Part shown: positions 20,557-30,415 of the stretch, in pieces | Layout of the letters: each line of letters begins with the position of its first letter | How positions within the stretch are numbered: the stretch's first letter is position 1 | Assembly (NCBI GenBank): GCA_021323175.1 | Contig: JAJTCK010000002.1 | Coordinates: forward strand, 467 to 64,466 | DNA length: 64,000 nucleotides | Source: Solirubrobacterales bacterium | GTDB taxonomy: Bacteria; Actinomycetota; Thermoleophilia; Solirubrobacterales; 70-9 | Direction: 5' to 3' | Program-made: the position numbers and the translations under genes | Notes under the pieces: generated by a model | What the model was told of the DNA's origin: nothing | Seen by the model: the letters and a program-made list of their open reading frames with translations, nothing else | The model's database searches: none

Positions 20557-21354
20557 CTACCCAGCGAGGACGACTTCAGGGCGGAGATTCTCGCCATCCT
20601 GGCGCGCGATTGCGATGACGTCCCCTCGGTGAGTGAGCCGGACGTGAGGTGTGGGGACGGCCTGAGCTTCGTGCTGTGGGACTGCCCGACCGTGCCCCAC
20701 GGCGATGGCCTCCTCGGCCGAGAGATCGAATGCCGGCAGGAAGGACATGAGCTCGTCGGTGCCGATCTCTCGCGTGCCTCGGTCCGGGAGCCGGTGAGGG
20801 CCAATCGCCGTGCGGCGAAGGGAGTCGCAATAGGCGTCCCCGAGCGTCTCGATCAGGGTGCGGATGTAGGTCCCCGACGAGCACTCGATCTCGAAGGTCG
20901 CGTGGTCCCTGTCGCTCTCGACCAGGTCCGCGCGGTGGACCGTGACAGTGCGCGTCGGCCGCTCCGCGTCCGTCTCGCCGCGGTGAGCCTTCCTGTAGAG
21001 GTGCTCGCCACCCACCTTGACCGCCGATGTAAGGGGGACCCGCTGGATGACCTCGCCGGTGGGCAGCTCCAGCCTGTCCGGCACTCGGCCGGTCTCGGTC
21101 AGCTCACCGTCGGGATCGCCGGTGGTCGAGCGCCAGCCCAGGCGGCCGGTTGCGAGATAGGTCTTGGGCAGTTCGAGCAGGAAGCGCTGCAGGCGGGTGG
21201 CTCTGCCCAGCAGCACTATCAGGAGGCCGGTGGCGAATGGGTCGAGGGTGCCCGCGTGGCCCACCCTGGCCTCTTCCCGCTCCCGCCTGATCCGCGCCAC
21301 CACGTCGTGCGACGTGAGACCGGCGGGCTTGTCCACCAGCAGTGCACCGGCCAA
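20557..21354 (-). CDS. truB: tRNA pseudouridine(55) synthase
   Basis: ORF 20557..21498. LVDKPAGLTSHDVV..GHAGTLDPFATGLL. Start moved to TTG 21354 (GGGAG RBS 6 nt upstream) because the longer ORF overlaps nrnA. Confidence 0.9.
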   Translation of the reverse strand: MAGALLVDKPAGLTSHDVVARIRREREEARVGHAGTLDPFATGLLIVLLGRATRLQRFLLELPKTYLATGRLGWRSTTGDPDGELTETGRVPDRLELPTGEVIQRVPLTSAVKVGGEHLYRKAHRGETDAERPTRTVTVHRADLVESDRDHATFEIECSSGTYIRTLIETLGDAYCDSLRRTAIGPHRLPDRGTREIGTDELMSFLPAFDLSAEEAIAVGHGRAVPQHEAQAVPTPHVRLTHRGDVIAIARQDGENLRPEVVLAG

Positions 21355-21367
21355 GGTGTGCTCCCGT

Positions 21368-22363
21368 CTAGATCTGCGCCGCGATCTGGGCGCGCAGGAA
21401 CTCGATGACCTCTTCGAAGGAGAGGTCCGTGCTGAAACCGGCGGCGCGCTGATGGCCGCCACCGCCCTGCTCGCGGGCAATCGCAGAGACGTCGACACGT
21501 CCGTCGGTCGAGCGCAGGCTGACCTTGCGGCTCGCCCTGCCCCGCTCCGGCTGGTCGCGGACGACGGCCGCGACGGCCGTCCCGTCGAGGGTCCGCAGAT
21601 AATCGATGACGCCCTCGGTCAGGACCTCGCTCGCACCCGTCGCCTCGTAGTCCGCGCTGGAGATGTAGGTGACGGCGAGGGCTCCGTCGTCCAGGATCCG
21701 GATCTTGTCGAGCGCGCGCGCGACGAGGCGAAGCTTTTCGATCGGCACGTGCTCGTAGAGCCGGCGATAGACGTCGCTGACGTTCACGCCGGCGTCCAGG
21801 AGGGCGGCCGCCACGAGGTGTGAGCGGGCCCGGGTGTTCTCGTACATGAACTTGCCCGTGTCGGTCACCAGTCCGACGTAGAGCGCGCTGGCCAGGTCCG
21901 GCGTCATCTCGACCCCGAGCCTGCCCGCCAGATCGAAGACGATCTCGGCGGTGCTGGAGGCCTCGACGTCGACCAGGTTCACCGTCCCGAACCTGGTGTT
22001 GTCGTGGTGGTGGTCGATGTTCAGGACCTTCTCGCGGTCGTGCTTCAGGAAGTCGACGGGCATGCGGTCGATGTTCCCGCAGTCGAGGAAGATCACGACG
22101 CGGTCGGCCATGTCAGCGGGCGGCTCGTGGAACACCTCCTCCAGCGGCATGAACCGGTACTCGACGGGCAGTGGGAACTCCTTCGCGGCCAGGAACATCA
22201 CCGAGTCCTTGCCGAGCGCCTGCAGAATCTGGTGGGTCGCGAGCAGGGAGCCGAGCGCGTCCCCGTCGGGGTTCTCGTGGGTGGTCAGCAGGAACCGCTG
22301 GCCCTCGCGGATCTCCTCGACGATGCGCTCCAGGTCCGTGGCGACGATCTGTGCTTCGGTCAT
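21368..22363 (-). CDS. nrnA: DHH/DHHA1 phosphoesterase (NrnA-type oligoribonuclease / pAp phosphatase)
   Basis: ORF 21368..22363. HENPDGDALGS, DHHHDN and GGGHQRAAG motifs. Lies in the conserved rbfA-nrnA-truB position. Confidence 0.88.
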   Translation of the reverse strand: MTEAQIVATDLERIVEEIREGQRFLLTTHENPDGDALGSLLATHQILQALGKDSVMFLAAKEFPLPVEYRFMPLEEVFHEPPADMADRVVIFLDCGNIDRMPVDFLKHDREKVLNIDHHHDNTRFGTVNLVDVEASSTAEIVFDLAGRLGVEMTPDLASALYVGLVTDTGKFMYENTRARSHLVAAALLDAGVNVSDVYRRLYEHVPIEKLRLVARALDKIRILDDGALAVTYISSADYEATGASEVLTEGVIDYLRTLDGTAVAAVVRDQPERGRASRKVSLRSTDGRVDVSAIAREQGGGGHQRAAGFSTDLSFEEVIEFLRAQIAAQI

Positions 22364-22698
22364 TCGTCCTCTTCGAGCAGCCGGGACAGGCGGGCGCCCC
22401 GCTCGATGCTCTCGTCGTATTCGAAGGTCAGCGTGGGCGTCCGCTTCATCCTCATCTCCGCGGCGATCCGCGCCTGCAGGAACCCGTGCGCGGAGCGCAG
22501 TCCCTCGAGGGCCGACTCGCGCTCCTCGGCCGACCCAAGCACACTGACGTAGACGCGGGCAGCGCGCAGGTCAGGTGAGGTGTCGACATCGGTCACGGTC
22601 ACGAAACCTATCCGCGGGTCCTTCATCTCGGTCGCAACCGCGGCAGCGAGTACCTCGCGAACAGCCTCGTTGACGCGCCGCATCCGTGCGGTGGTCAT
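22360..22698 (-). CDS. rbfA: Ribosome-binding factor A
   Basis: ORF 22360..22698. RVNEAVREVL..DPRIGFVTVTDVDTSPDLRAARVYVS. Confidence 0.93.
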   Translation of the reverse strand: MTTARMRRVNEAVREVLAAAVATEMKDPRIGFVTVTDVDTSPDLRAARVYVSVLGSAEERESALEGLRSAHGFLQARIAAEMRMKRTPTLTFEYDESIERGARLSRLLEEDE

Positions 22699-22759
22699 CC
22701 CCCGCGTGACGTTAACAGGCCCTCATACCGTGACCCCGACTCATCTGGGGCGCGTGTAC

Positions 22760-23056
22760 CTATCCGCGGATGTCCTGAAGGCTCAGCAGCTCGCGCGAGA
22801 AGCTGCAGCCCTCCGGGCACCCGCTCTCGATCAGCCGCTCCAGCTCGTCCGCGCGGTTCCCCACGTCGGGGCCTCCGACCAGTGCGCACACAAGAGTCGC
22901 CCGCTGCCACTTGTCGTGCCCGTCGGACTCGTAAACGGTCGCGCCGAAGCGGCGCAGCCTGTCCCTGAGGGACCTGACGAGCTTGCGCTTCCCCTTGAGG
23001 TCGTGCACCTCTCCGAAATGGAGCCGGGCCTCGATGATGCAGACGAAGGTGCTCAC
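22760..23056 (-). CDS. DUF503 (YlxP-like) protein
   Basis: ORF 22760..23056, 98 aa. LHFGEVHDLKGKRKLVRSLRDRL. Typical infB-DUF503-rbfA position. Confidence 0.8.
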   Translation of the reverse strand: MSTFVCIIEARLHFGEVHDLKGKRKLVRSLRDRLRRFGATVYESDGHDKWQRATLVCALVGGPDVGNRADELERLIESGCPEGCSFSRELLSLQDIRG

Positions 23057-23101
23057 GGCTCGATTCTGCCACCGCGATCCTTCCGCGCCACCGACCCCGA
23101 G

Positions 23102-25420
23102 CTATTCGAGGGTCTTCTCGACCTGCCTCACCTCGAAGAACTCCAGCACGTCCCCCTCCTTCACGTCGGCAAAGCCTTCGAGCACGATCCCGCACTCCAT
23201 CCCGGCCTCCACCTCGGCGACGTCGTCCTTGAAGCGTCGCAGAGACCCGACCCTGCCGGTCCAGACGATCGTGCCGTCCCGGACGAGACGGGTCTGGGCG
23301 TTGCGGGTGACCTTGCCGTCGTTGACCTGGCAGCCCGCGATGGTCCCGACTCGCGAGGCCTTGAAGGTCTGAAGGACCTCGGCGCTGCCCAGGGTCTGCT
23401 CGACCTCCTCGGGTTCCAGCAGGCCTTCCATCGCGCCGCGAAGCTCCTCGGTGACCTTGTAGATGACGGTGTAGGTGCGGATGTCCACACCCTCGCGCTC
23501 GGCGGCGCGGCGAGCCTCGACCAGCGGACGGACGTTGAAACCGACGATGACCGCGTCGGAGGCAGAGGCGAGCATCACGTCGGACTCGTTGATCCCGCCT
23601 GTCTGAGCGTGGATGACGTTCACCGGGACCTGCTCCTGCGGCAGCTTCGCGATCTCGTCCTCGAGCGCCTCCAGGGAGCCGGCGACGTCGGCCTTCAGCA
23701 CGATGTTGAGCTCGTTCAGCTCACCCTCGCGGGCGCGCTGGAAGACTTCGTCCAGGGTGACCTTGCGGGCCTGGCGGCGGGCCAGCTGCTCGGATTTGAG
23801 CCGGGTCTCGCGTTCCTGCGCCAGCTGGCGGGCGCGCCGCTCGTTCTCGACGACCTGCATGTGCTCGCCGGCCTCGCAGACCCCGTCGAAGCCCAGGACC
23901 TCGACGGGCATGCCCGGTGTCGCAGAATCCACACGCTCGCCGCGATGGTCGAGCATGGCCCGGACCTTGCCCCAGACGGCGCCCGCGACGACCGCGTCAC
24001 CGACCTTGAGCGTGCCGCGCTGTACCAGCACGCCCGTGACCGGGCCGCGCCCGGGGTCTAGCTCGGATTCGATCACGGTCCCGGACGCCTCGGCGTCGGG
24101 GTTGGCTGCCAGCTCCTCCAGGTCGGTGACAAGCACGATCATCTCCAGCAGGTTGTCCAGACCCTGCCGGGTCTTCGCGGACACGTCGGCATAGACGGTT
24201 TCTCCGCCCCACTCCTCCGGGTTCAGGTCGTGGCTCGCGAGCTCGGTGCGGACGCGGTTCGGGTCCGCGCCCTCCTTGTCCACCTTGTTGACCGCGACCA
24301 GGACGGGGACGTCGGCGGCTCGGGCGTGGTCGATCGCCTCCACCGTCTGCGGCATCACGCCGTCGTCGGCGGCGACGACGATCACTGCGATGTCGGTGAC
24401 CTTCGCGCCGCGCGCACGCATGGCGGTGAAGGCCTGGTGACCCGGCGTGTCGAGGAAGGTGATGGTCTTGCCGTCGTGGTTCACCTGGTAGGCGCCGATG
24501 TGCTGGGTAATCCCGCCGGCCTCTCCGGCGGCGACCTCGGTCTCTCGAATCGCGTCCAGGAGAGAGGTCTTGCCGTGGTCCACGTGACCCATGACGGTGA
24601 CCACAGGGGGGCGGTCCCTCAGATCGGCGTCGACGTCCTCATTCGCCGGGACCTCGACCTCCTCCTCGGCCGCCGTGAGGATCTCGATCTTGCGGTCGAA
24701 CTTCTTCGCGATCGCCTCGACGGAGTCGTCGGTGAGGGTCTGCGTCAGGGTGGCCATCTCGCCACCCTCCATCAGCGCCTTGATGACCTCGGCGCTGCCG
24801 AGCCCCAGGCTCTCGGCCACTTCGCGAACCGTGGCGCCGGAGTTGACGCGGATCGCCGGTGTCTCCTCCGGGGTCAGGGGAGCCTTGATCTCGGGCTCTT
24901 CCAGCAGCGGCCTGCGGCGGCGGCCACCACGCCGGCGCGGCGGGCGCGGCGGCGGCTGGTTCTTGGCGATGTGGTCCCTGCGGGCGGCCTGGGAATCGAT
25001 CACGACCCGGCGGCGCTTCTTGCCGCCGCTCTTGGCGGCGCCGTCACCGCTGCGCGCGGGTACCGGTCGAACGCCCTCGGCCTTCGCGTCTGAGGCGCTC
25101 TGCGGGGCCGGCTTGGCTTGTCCAGGCGGCGCCTGCTCCTGGGCGGTCTTCGCCGACTGGGCCGCCTGTGCGGCCTTGCCGTCCGTCCTGGGCTTTTCCA
25201 CTGACTTCGCCTTCGGCTTGGCCTTGGTCTCGGCCGGGGGCGCCTTCGTCGCGGTTCCGCCGCTTCCCTCGCCGCCCTTGAGCGCGGCCAGGGCCTGGGA
25301 CTCCTCCACGCTTGACTGGGCCGCCTTGGCGTCGATGCCGGCGGCCTTCAGCTTCACGAGCAGTTCCTTGCTCGTCAGGCCCTGGGCCTTTGCGATCTCA
25401 TGGACTCGCTTCTTCGCCAC
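23102..25420 (-). CDS. infB: Translation initiation factor IF-2
   Basis: ORF 23102..25420, 772 aa. [17 protein letters not shown] and NKVD GTPase motifs. The GTG start has an AGGAG RBS that contains the nusA stop codon. Confidence 0.97.
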   Translation of the reverse strand: MAKKRVHEIAKAQGLTSKELLVKLKAAGIDAKAAQSSVEESQALAALKGGEGSGGTATKAPPAETKAKPKAKSVEKPRTDGKAAQAAQSAKTAQEQAPPGQAKPAPQSASDAKAEGVRPVPARSGDGAAKSGGKKRRRVVIDSQAARRDHIAKNQPPPRPPRRRGGRRRRPLLEEPEIKAPLTPEETPAIRVNSGATVREVAESLGLGSAEVIKALMEGGEMATLTQTLTDDSVEAIAKKFDRKIEILTAAEEEVEVPANEDVDADLRDRPPVVTVMGHVDHGKTSLLDAIRETEVAAGEAGGITQHIGAYQVNHDGKTITFLDTPGHQAFTAMRARGAKVTDIAVIVVAADDGVMPQTVEAIDHARAADVPVLVAVNKVDKEGADPNRVRTELASHDLNPEEWGGETVYADVSAKTRQGLDNLLEMIVLVTDLEELAANPDAEASGTVIESELDPGRGPVTGVLVQRGTLKVGDAVVAGAVWGKVRAMLDHRGERVDSATPGMPVEVLGFDGVCEAGEHMQVVENERRARQLAQERETRLKSEQLARRQARKVTLDEVFQRAREGELNELNIVLKADVAGSLEALEDEIAKLPQEQVPVNVIHAQTGGINESDVMLASASDAVIVGFNVRPLVEARRAAEREGVDIRTYTVIYKVTEELRGAMEGLLEPEEVEQTLGSAEVLQTFKASRVGTIAGCQVNDGKVTRNAQTRLVRDGTIVWTGRVGSLRRFKDDVAEVEAGMECGIVLEGFADVKEGDVLEFFEVRQVEKTLE

Positions 25421-25426
25421 GGTCTC

Positions 25427-27208
25427 CTACGACCCCTCGCCTTTCTGTTCCGCCGCCTTCACAGCGGCCTCGTCCTGGTCGACGATGCCCTCGCGCTCGC
25501 TGACCAGCTCGGTTTCGGGCTCGGCGGCCGGCTCCTCGGCGTCGTCGCTCGAGGATTCATCCGAGCTGGTCTCTCCCATCGCGTCGTCGGCCGAGTCGTC
25601 CTCGTCGGCATCGGCAGTGTCATCGTCGGACGCAGCGGGCGCGCTGGCGGGCTGGGGGACTCCGCCCTCGGCCGCCTCGGCCTCTGCGATCCCCGCCGCT
25701 CCTGTTTCCGCCGCGTCTTCAGCCTGCGCTTCGGCCGCATCGGCCACCTGGCTCGCGGCCGCGGCCTCGGCGGCGGCCTGGGCCTCGTCGAACTCGGCCT
25801 CGGCGCGCTGGACGAGCGCTGCCACCTCCGAGTCATCGGCATCGGGGTCGGCCAGCTTCGTGACCTCCTCGTCGCCGAGCGGATTCAACACGGCCACCTG
25901 GCTGGTCGAGAACGGGGTCAGGGCCTGGTGCTGGGGCAGCCCGCAGTAACGCGAGCCCTCGAGCGCGGCGTTCGGGCAGCGGCGCCCGGTGGTGAGCACG
26001 GCCGCGCAGCGCCCGTCAGAGATCTCCTCGCCCTCGTACTCGATGTCTTCCTCCTGCTGGGAGAACTCGGTCTCGGAGGTGATGTCCACCTTCCACCCGG
26101 TCAGCCGGGCGGCGAGGCGGGCGTTCTGGCCGTCGCGGCCGATCGCCAGCGAGAGCTGGTCGTCCGGGACGATCACCGTCGCCTCCTTGGTCTCGTCGTC
26201 GACCAGGACCTCCCGGACTCGGGCCGGCGAGAGCGCCTTGGCGACGAAGCGGGCGGGCTCGTCGTTGTAGGGAATGATGTCGATCTTCTCGCCGCGCAGC
26301 TCGCTGACGACCATGCGGACGCGCGAGCCTCGGGGGCCGACACAGGCTCCGACCGGATCGACTCCGTCGGCGTGCGAGATCACGGCGATCTTCGAGCGCC
26401 AGCCGGGCTCGCGGGCGACGCCTGTGATCTCAACCAGCTTGTCGGCGATCTCGGGAACCTCGAGCTCGAACAGCTTCTTGATCAGCTCGGGATTACGGCG
26501 GCTGACGACGATGCTGGGGCCCTTGTTCTCGGCGGAGACGTCGGTGATGACGGCCTTGACCCGCATGCCGTGGTCGTAGCGCTCGTTGTAGACCTGCTCG
26601 GAACGGGGCAGCAGCGCTTCGACCCGCTCGCGCAGCTGGACCAGCGTGTAGCGGTTGTCGGACTGCTGGATGATCCCCGTGATCAGCTCGCCGACGCGGT
26701 CCTTGTATTCCTCGTACATCATCCCGCGCTCGGCCTCGCGGATCCGCTGAAGGATCACCTGCTTGGCGGTCTGGGCGGCGATGCGCCCGAAGTCGTCGGG
26801 GGTGACGTCCTTGGTGTCCAGCTGGTCCATGTAGGGCACCAGGCGCTCCTGCTCGACCTCGGGCTCCTCGGCCTCGCGGCGCTCGCCGGTCTCGGGATCC
26901 ACGGTGGGGCCGGTCTGCTGGATCTCCGGCACGGGCTCGCCGGCGGCCTCGGCGGCCTCCGCGGCCTGGAGCTGCTCCTCGAACTGCTCGTCCAGCAGCC
27001 TCTGCTCCAGGTCGTCGGGCACCATCAGCTCAAAGACGCGGAAGTCGGCGGTGTTGTGGTCCAGCTCGACCTTCGCGTACTTGGCTGCGCCTGGGGTCTT
27101 CTTGTAGGCCGAGAGCAGCGCGTCGGAGAGCGCGTCCATCAGGGTGTCGGCGTCGATCCCCTTCTCCTGCTCGAGCGCCCTGACGGCGTCAACGATGTCC
27201 TGGGTCAC
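25427..27208 (-). CDS. nusA: Transcription termination/antitermination factor NusA with a long C-terminal extension
   Basis: ORF 25427..27208, 593 aa. NTD, S1 and two KH domains ([27 protein letters not shown]), then a Cys/His motif and an acidic tail. GTG start overlaps the rimP stop (GTGA). Confidence 0.95.
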   Translation of the reverse strand: MTQDIVDAVRALEQEKGIDADTLMDALSDALLSAYKKTPGAAKYAKVELDHNTADFRVFELMVPDDLEQRLLDEQFEEQLQAAEAAEAAGEPVPEIQQTGPTVDPETGERREAEEPEVEQERLVPYMDQLDTKDVTPDDFGRIAAQTAKQVILQRIREAERGMMYEEYKDRVGELITGIIQQSDNRYTLVQLRERVEALLPRSEQVYNERYDHGMRVKAVITDVSAENKGPSIVVSRRNPELIKKLFELEVPEIADKLVEITGVAREPGWRSKIAVISHADGVDPVGACVGPRGSRVRMVVSELRGEKIDIIPYNDEPARFVAKALSPARVREVLVDDETKEATVIVPDDQLSLAIGRDGQNARLAARLTGWKVDITSETEFSQQEEDIEYEGEEISDGRCAAVLTTGRRCPNAALEGSRYCGLPQHQALTPFSTSQVAVLNPLGDEEVTKLADPDADDSEVAALVQRAEAEFDEAQAAAEAAAASQVADAAEAQAEDAAETGAAGIAEAEAAEGGVPQPASAPAASDDDTADADEDDSADDAMGETSSDESSSDDAEEPAAEPETELVSEREGIVDQDEAAVKAAEQKGEGS

Positions 27209-27693
27209 GCCGGACCACCTCCATTCGAGTGTTCGTCGTCGTCCGCGCTCCCAATTCCAGGCGCGTCCGCCAGCAGGTTCGAGCGGCGAACCGAGGCGAG
27301 CGGGATGATCACGGTCTCCTCGTGGGTGGCGACCGCGACGCTGTCGTCGCCGGCGCCCTCCAGGAGTCCTGTGAAGCTCTTCCGGCCCTCGATCTCCTCG
27401 TGGGTCTTGACCCGGACTCGGTGGCCGACGAAGCGCTCAAAGTGCTCCGGCTTGGTCAGCGGGCGCTCCGGGCCGGGAGAGGCGACCTCGAGAGACCACT
27501 CCTCGTTAAGGTCGGGAAGCAGCCGCGTGACGCTCTCGCACAGGGCCAGGTCCACCCCGCCCTCCCGGTCGATCACCAGGCGCAGCCTCTCGGCGGCGGG
27601 GCGCTCGAGCGCGAGCAACTCGACGTCGGGCTTCGCCTCGGCGAGCCTGTCCTCCACCTTCCCCTGGATCTGTCGCAGCTGTGCGTCGCTCAA
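27205..27693 (-). CDS. rimP: Ribosome maturation factor RimP
   Basis: ORF 27205..27933 trimmed to TTG 27693 (GAGGAG RBS). The upstream part of the ORF has low GC3 and contains a promoter-like element and a terminator. SPGPERPL motif. Confidence 0.85.
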   Translation of the reverse strand: MSDAQLRQIQGKVEDRLAEAKPDVELLALERPAAERLRLVIDREGGVDLALCESVTRLLPDLNEEWSLEVASPGPERPLTKPEHFERFVGHRVRVKTHEEIEGRKSFTGLLEGAGDDSVAVATHEETVIIPLASVRRSNLLADAPGIGSADDDEHSNGGGPA

Positions 27694-27722
27694 TTCTTCT
27701 CCTCTGACCCGGACGCGGACCC

Positions 27723-27747
27723 AAAAAAAGGCGGGCGCTCGCCCACC
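27723..27747 (-). terminator. Intrinsic terminator in the rimP-nusA-infB leader (or dtd terminator)
   Basis: Minus strand reads GGTGGGCG-AG-CGCCCGCC followed by TTTTTTT. It ends 30 nt upstream of the rimP start. Confidence 0.7.
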
Positions 27748-27787
27748 TTTCGACACGCTTCCGGTGCGAAAAAAGGTTCCGCGAGCG

Positions 27788-27816
27788 AGTATAGCCCCGG
27801 CTTTGGCTCCCGCCAA
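27788..27816 (-). promoter_or_regulatory. Candidate sigma-70-type promoter of the rimP-nusA-infB operon
   Basis: Minus strand: TTGGCG (27816..27811), 17-nt spacer, TATACT (27793..27788). Judged by eye only. Confidence 0.4.
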
Positions 27817-27936
27817 GGGACGCCGGCGGTTGCGACGGCTCCGAAAACCGGCTCCGAAAAGACGGATCGGAGGGTGGCTGTCCGGGTCAGCGGCGTGTGC
27901 CCCAGGCGGGCCGCCGCATCGCAGCGTCCTCATGGG

Positions 27937-28356
27937 TCAGCCCTCCAGCATCACCGTGACCGGCCCATCGTTGATCAGGGCGACGCCCATGCACGCGCCG
28001 AACACCCCCTTCATCGCGCCCGTCCGCTCGCAGAACCGGTCGTACAGCCGCTCGGCCTGCTCACCCGGCGCCGCATTCACGTAGCTGGGCCGGTTGCCCT
28101 TGCGGGTGTCCCCGTACAGGGTGAACTGGCTGACGCAGAGGATCTCGCGATCTTTCCCGAGCGGCTCGTTCATCCGGCCCTCGGCGTCATCGAAGATCCG
28201 CAGCTTCAGGACCTTGTCGGCGAGCTTGTCCGCAGTGGCGTCCGTGTCCTCGACCGAGACTCCGAGCAGGACCAGCATCCCGGGCCCGATCTGCGCCACG
28301 CGATCGCCATCGACGTCGACCGCGGCCTGGCTCACGCGCTGGACCAGCGCCCTCAT
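27937..28356 (-). CDS. dtd: D-aminoacyl-tRNA deacylase
   Basis: ORF 27937..28356. MRALVQRV..LLGV..SQFTLYGDTRKGNRPS. Confidence 0.93.
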   Translation of the reverse strand: MRALVQRVSQAAVDVDGDRVAQIGPGMLVLLGVSVEDTDATADKLADKVLKLRIFDDAEGRMNEPLGKDREILCVSQFTLYGDTRKGNRPSYVNAAPGEQAERLYDRFCERTGAMKGVFGACMGVALINDGPVTVMLEG

Positions 28357-28395
28357 CTCAAGCGGTCGCCGGTGTGCCCACGGAGAGCCGTGCGG

Positions 28396-28794
28396 CTAGC
28401 CCGCCTGGGCGGCGAGCTGCTCTCGGTACTGGCGGTAGTCGCGACGCTCGGGGCGGAGGTTCGACGCGAGGGCCAGGTGGTGGCGGGCTCTCTTCGTCTC
28501 GCCGGTCTTCGACAGGGCTCGGCCCAGGCAGAAGTGGGCGAAGTCGTTGACGGGGTGGGTCTCGACGACAGCCTCGAACTCGGCGGCGGCCTCGGCGTAG
28601 TGGCGGCTGCGAAAGAGGGCGCGGCCCAGGGCCTCGCGGACGGAGGTCTTCTCGGGCGCCTGCCGAGCGGCCTCCTTCAGCGGGACCGCGGCCTCGGCGA
28701 AGGAGCCGTCCTCGAGCAGCTCCATGCCGCGCCTGTAGAGGCTGTAGAGGGACTCATCGACCTGGTCGGATTCGATCCGCTGTCGATCACTCAT
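28396..28794 (-). CDS. Tetratricopeptide-repeat protein
   Basis: ORF 28396..28896 trimmed to ATG 28794 (MSDRQRIES). Repeated A/Y/F-rich helical TPR-like pattern (YAEAAAEFEAVV..FCLGRAL). Confidence 0.65.
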   Translation of the reverse strand: MSDRQRIESDQVDESLYSLYRRGMELLEDGSFAEAAVPLKEAARQAPEKTSVREALGRALFRSRHYAEAAAEFEAVVETHPVNDFAHFCLGRALSKTGETKRARHHLALASNLRPERRDYRQYREQLAAQAG

Positions 28795-28831
28795 GTGGCC
28801 AAGTCTACGAGGGCGCCACGGCTCGCCCGCC

Positions 28832-30109
28832 CTACTCGGACGCGCTCTGCTCGGCGGCGCGGGCCCGGATCGCCTCGACCCGGTCGAGGATCGCATCCGC
28901 GACGGACTCCTTGGATGCGAGCGGCACCGGGCGATCGCCGTCGGCCTCGACTATCACGACCTCGTTCTCGGAGCTCTCGAAGCCGATCTCGGAACGCGAG
29001 ACGTCGTTGAAGACGATGGCGTCGACCCCCTTGCGCCGCAGCTTGGCGCGGGCCCGCTCCAGCCCGCCCTTCTCACCGGCGCTCGGGTCGCCGGAGGTTG
29101 TCTCGGCGGCGAACCCGATCAGGGTCTGCCCCTCCCGGCGGCCGCCGCCCAGCGTGGCCAGGATGTCGTCGGTCGGCTCCAGGTCCAGCTCGATCGAGCC
29201 CTCGCGGGCGATCTTGCTGTCGGCCGAGACGCTCGGCCGGAAGTCAGCCGGGGCGGCCGCCATCAGCAGGACATCGGTCGAGCCGAACTCGGCCTCCATC
29301 GCGGAGGCCAGCTCGGCGGCGGTCTCGACGTCCACCCGGCGCACCCCGGCGGGAGCCGGCAGGGTGACGTTGGCGGCGACCAGGGTCACATCGGCGCCGC
29401 GGGCGGCAGCGCGCTCTGCGAGCGCCAGCCCCATCCGACCGCTGGAGCGGTTGCCGATGAAGCGGACCGGGTCGATCGGCTCGCGGGTCCCGCCGGCCGA
29501 GACGAGGACCCGGAGGCCGTCCCAGGGGCCGCTCGGGCCGGGGAGCACGGACTCGATCGCGTCCAGGAGCCGTCGCGGGTCGGGCAGGCGGCCCACCCCG
29601 TGCTCGCCGCGGGACGCCAGCGCCCCCTCCTCCGGCTCGATCACCGTGATGCCGCGCTCTCGAAGCGTTCTCAGGTTGGCCTGGGTCGCGGCGTCCCGGT
29701 ACATCCGGTCGTTCATCGCGGGTGCGACGAGGCGGGGCGCCGAGCAGGCCAGGAACGACGTGGTGACCATCGACTCGGCCATCCCCGCCGCCAGCTTCGC
29801 GACCGTGTTCGCGGACGCCGGGGCGACGAGGTAGGCGTCCGCGTTGGCGACCACCTCCAGGTGGCCGATCGGGTCGTGCTCGGGAGCGGGGTCGCCTGGG
29901 AACGATCCTCGCAACGGGTCGCGCTCGAAGTCGCCGGTCAGCACTGGGGCCCCGACGATTCCCTCGAATGAGGCGGCGCCCACGAAGCGCCCCGCGGAGT
30001 GGGTCATGAGGACGCGAACCGCGTGGCCCTCGCTCGTGGCCAGGCGGGCCAACTCGAGCGCCTTGTACGCCGCGATGCCGCCGCTGACCCCGAGCAGGAT
30101 GCGGGCCAT
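28832..30109 (-). CDS. coaBC: Bifunctional phosphopantothenoylcysteine decarboxylase / phosphopantothenate-cysteine ligase
   Basis: ORF 28832..30109. ILLGVSGGIAAYKA, PAMN..M, and FIGNRSSGRMG in the C-terminal domain. Confidence 0.93.
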   Translation of the reverse strand: MARILLGVSGGIAAYKALELARLATSEGHAVRVLMTHSAGRFVGAASFEGIVGAPVLTGDFERDPLRGSFPGDPAPEHDPIGHLEVVANADAYLVAPASANTVAKLAAGMAESMVTTSFLACSAPRLVAPAMNDRMYRDAATQANLRTLRERGITVIEPEEGALASRGEHGVGRLPDPRRLLDAIESVLPGPSGPWDGLRVLVSAGGTREPIDPVRFIGNRSSGRMGLALAERAAARGADVTLVAANVTLPAPAGVRRVDVETAAELASAMEAEFGSTDVLLMAAAPADFRPSVSADSKIAREGSIELDLEPTDDILATLGGGRREGQTLIGFAAETTSGDPSAGEKGGLERARAKLRRKGVDAIVFNDVSRSEIGFESSENEVVIVEADGDRPVPLASKESVADAILDRVEAIRARAAEQSASE

Positions 30110-30175
30110 CAGCTGACTCCGAGCGGAATCCGGGTCATCGGCCCCTCCTCAGGGGCGGCCCCAGCGCCGGACGGG

Positions 30176-30409
30176 CTAGGACTTGTACTCGTACTCGATC
30201 TTGCCCGCCGCCAGCTCCTCGAGAGAGATCGTGAGGTAGTTGCTGCCGCTCTCGGTCTCCACCATCGGCGGGGTGTACTCGCCGTAGGCGCCCTCGGAAA
30301 GGGAGTGGTAGTAGGCGTTGATCTGACGGGCGCGCTTTGCAGCCACGATCACCGCGGCGTAGTGCGAGTCCGTCTGATCGAGAAGCTTGTCGACGCGGGG
30401 CTTGATCAT
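30176..30409 (-). CDS. rpoZ: DNA-directed RNA polymerase subunit omega
   Basis: ORF 30176..30409, 77 aa. YAAVIVAAKRARQIN. Confidence 0.9.
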   Translation of the reverse strand: MIKPRVDKLLDQTDSHYAAVIVAAKRARQINAYYHSLSEGAYGEYTPPMVETESGSNYLTISLEELAAGKIEYEYKS

Positions 30410-30415
30410 CCGCGC

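Noticed and set aside
27694-27933. N-terminal 80 residues of the track ORF for rimP (MRTLRCGGPPGAHAAD..)
   Set aside because: The frame has many A/T-ending codons, contains a U7-tailed terminator hairpin and a promoter-like element, and RimP proteins are about 150-170 aa. The TTG at 27693 with a GAGGAG RBS fits better.
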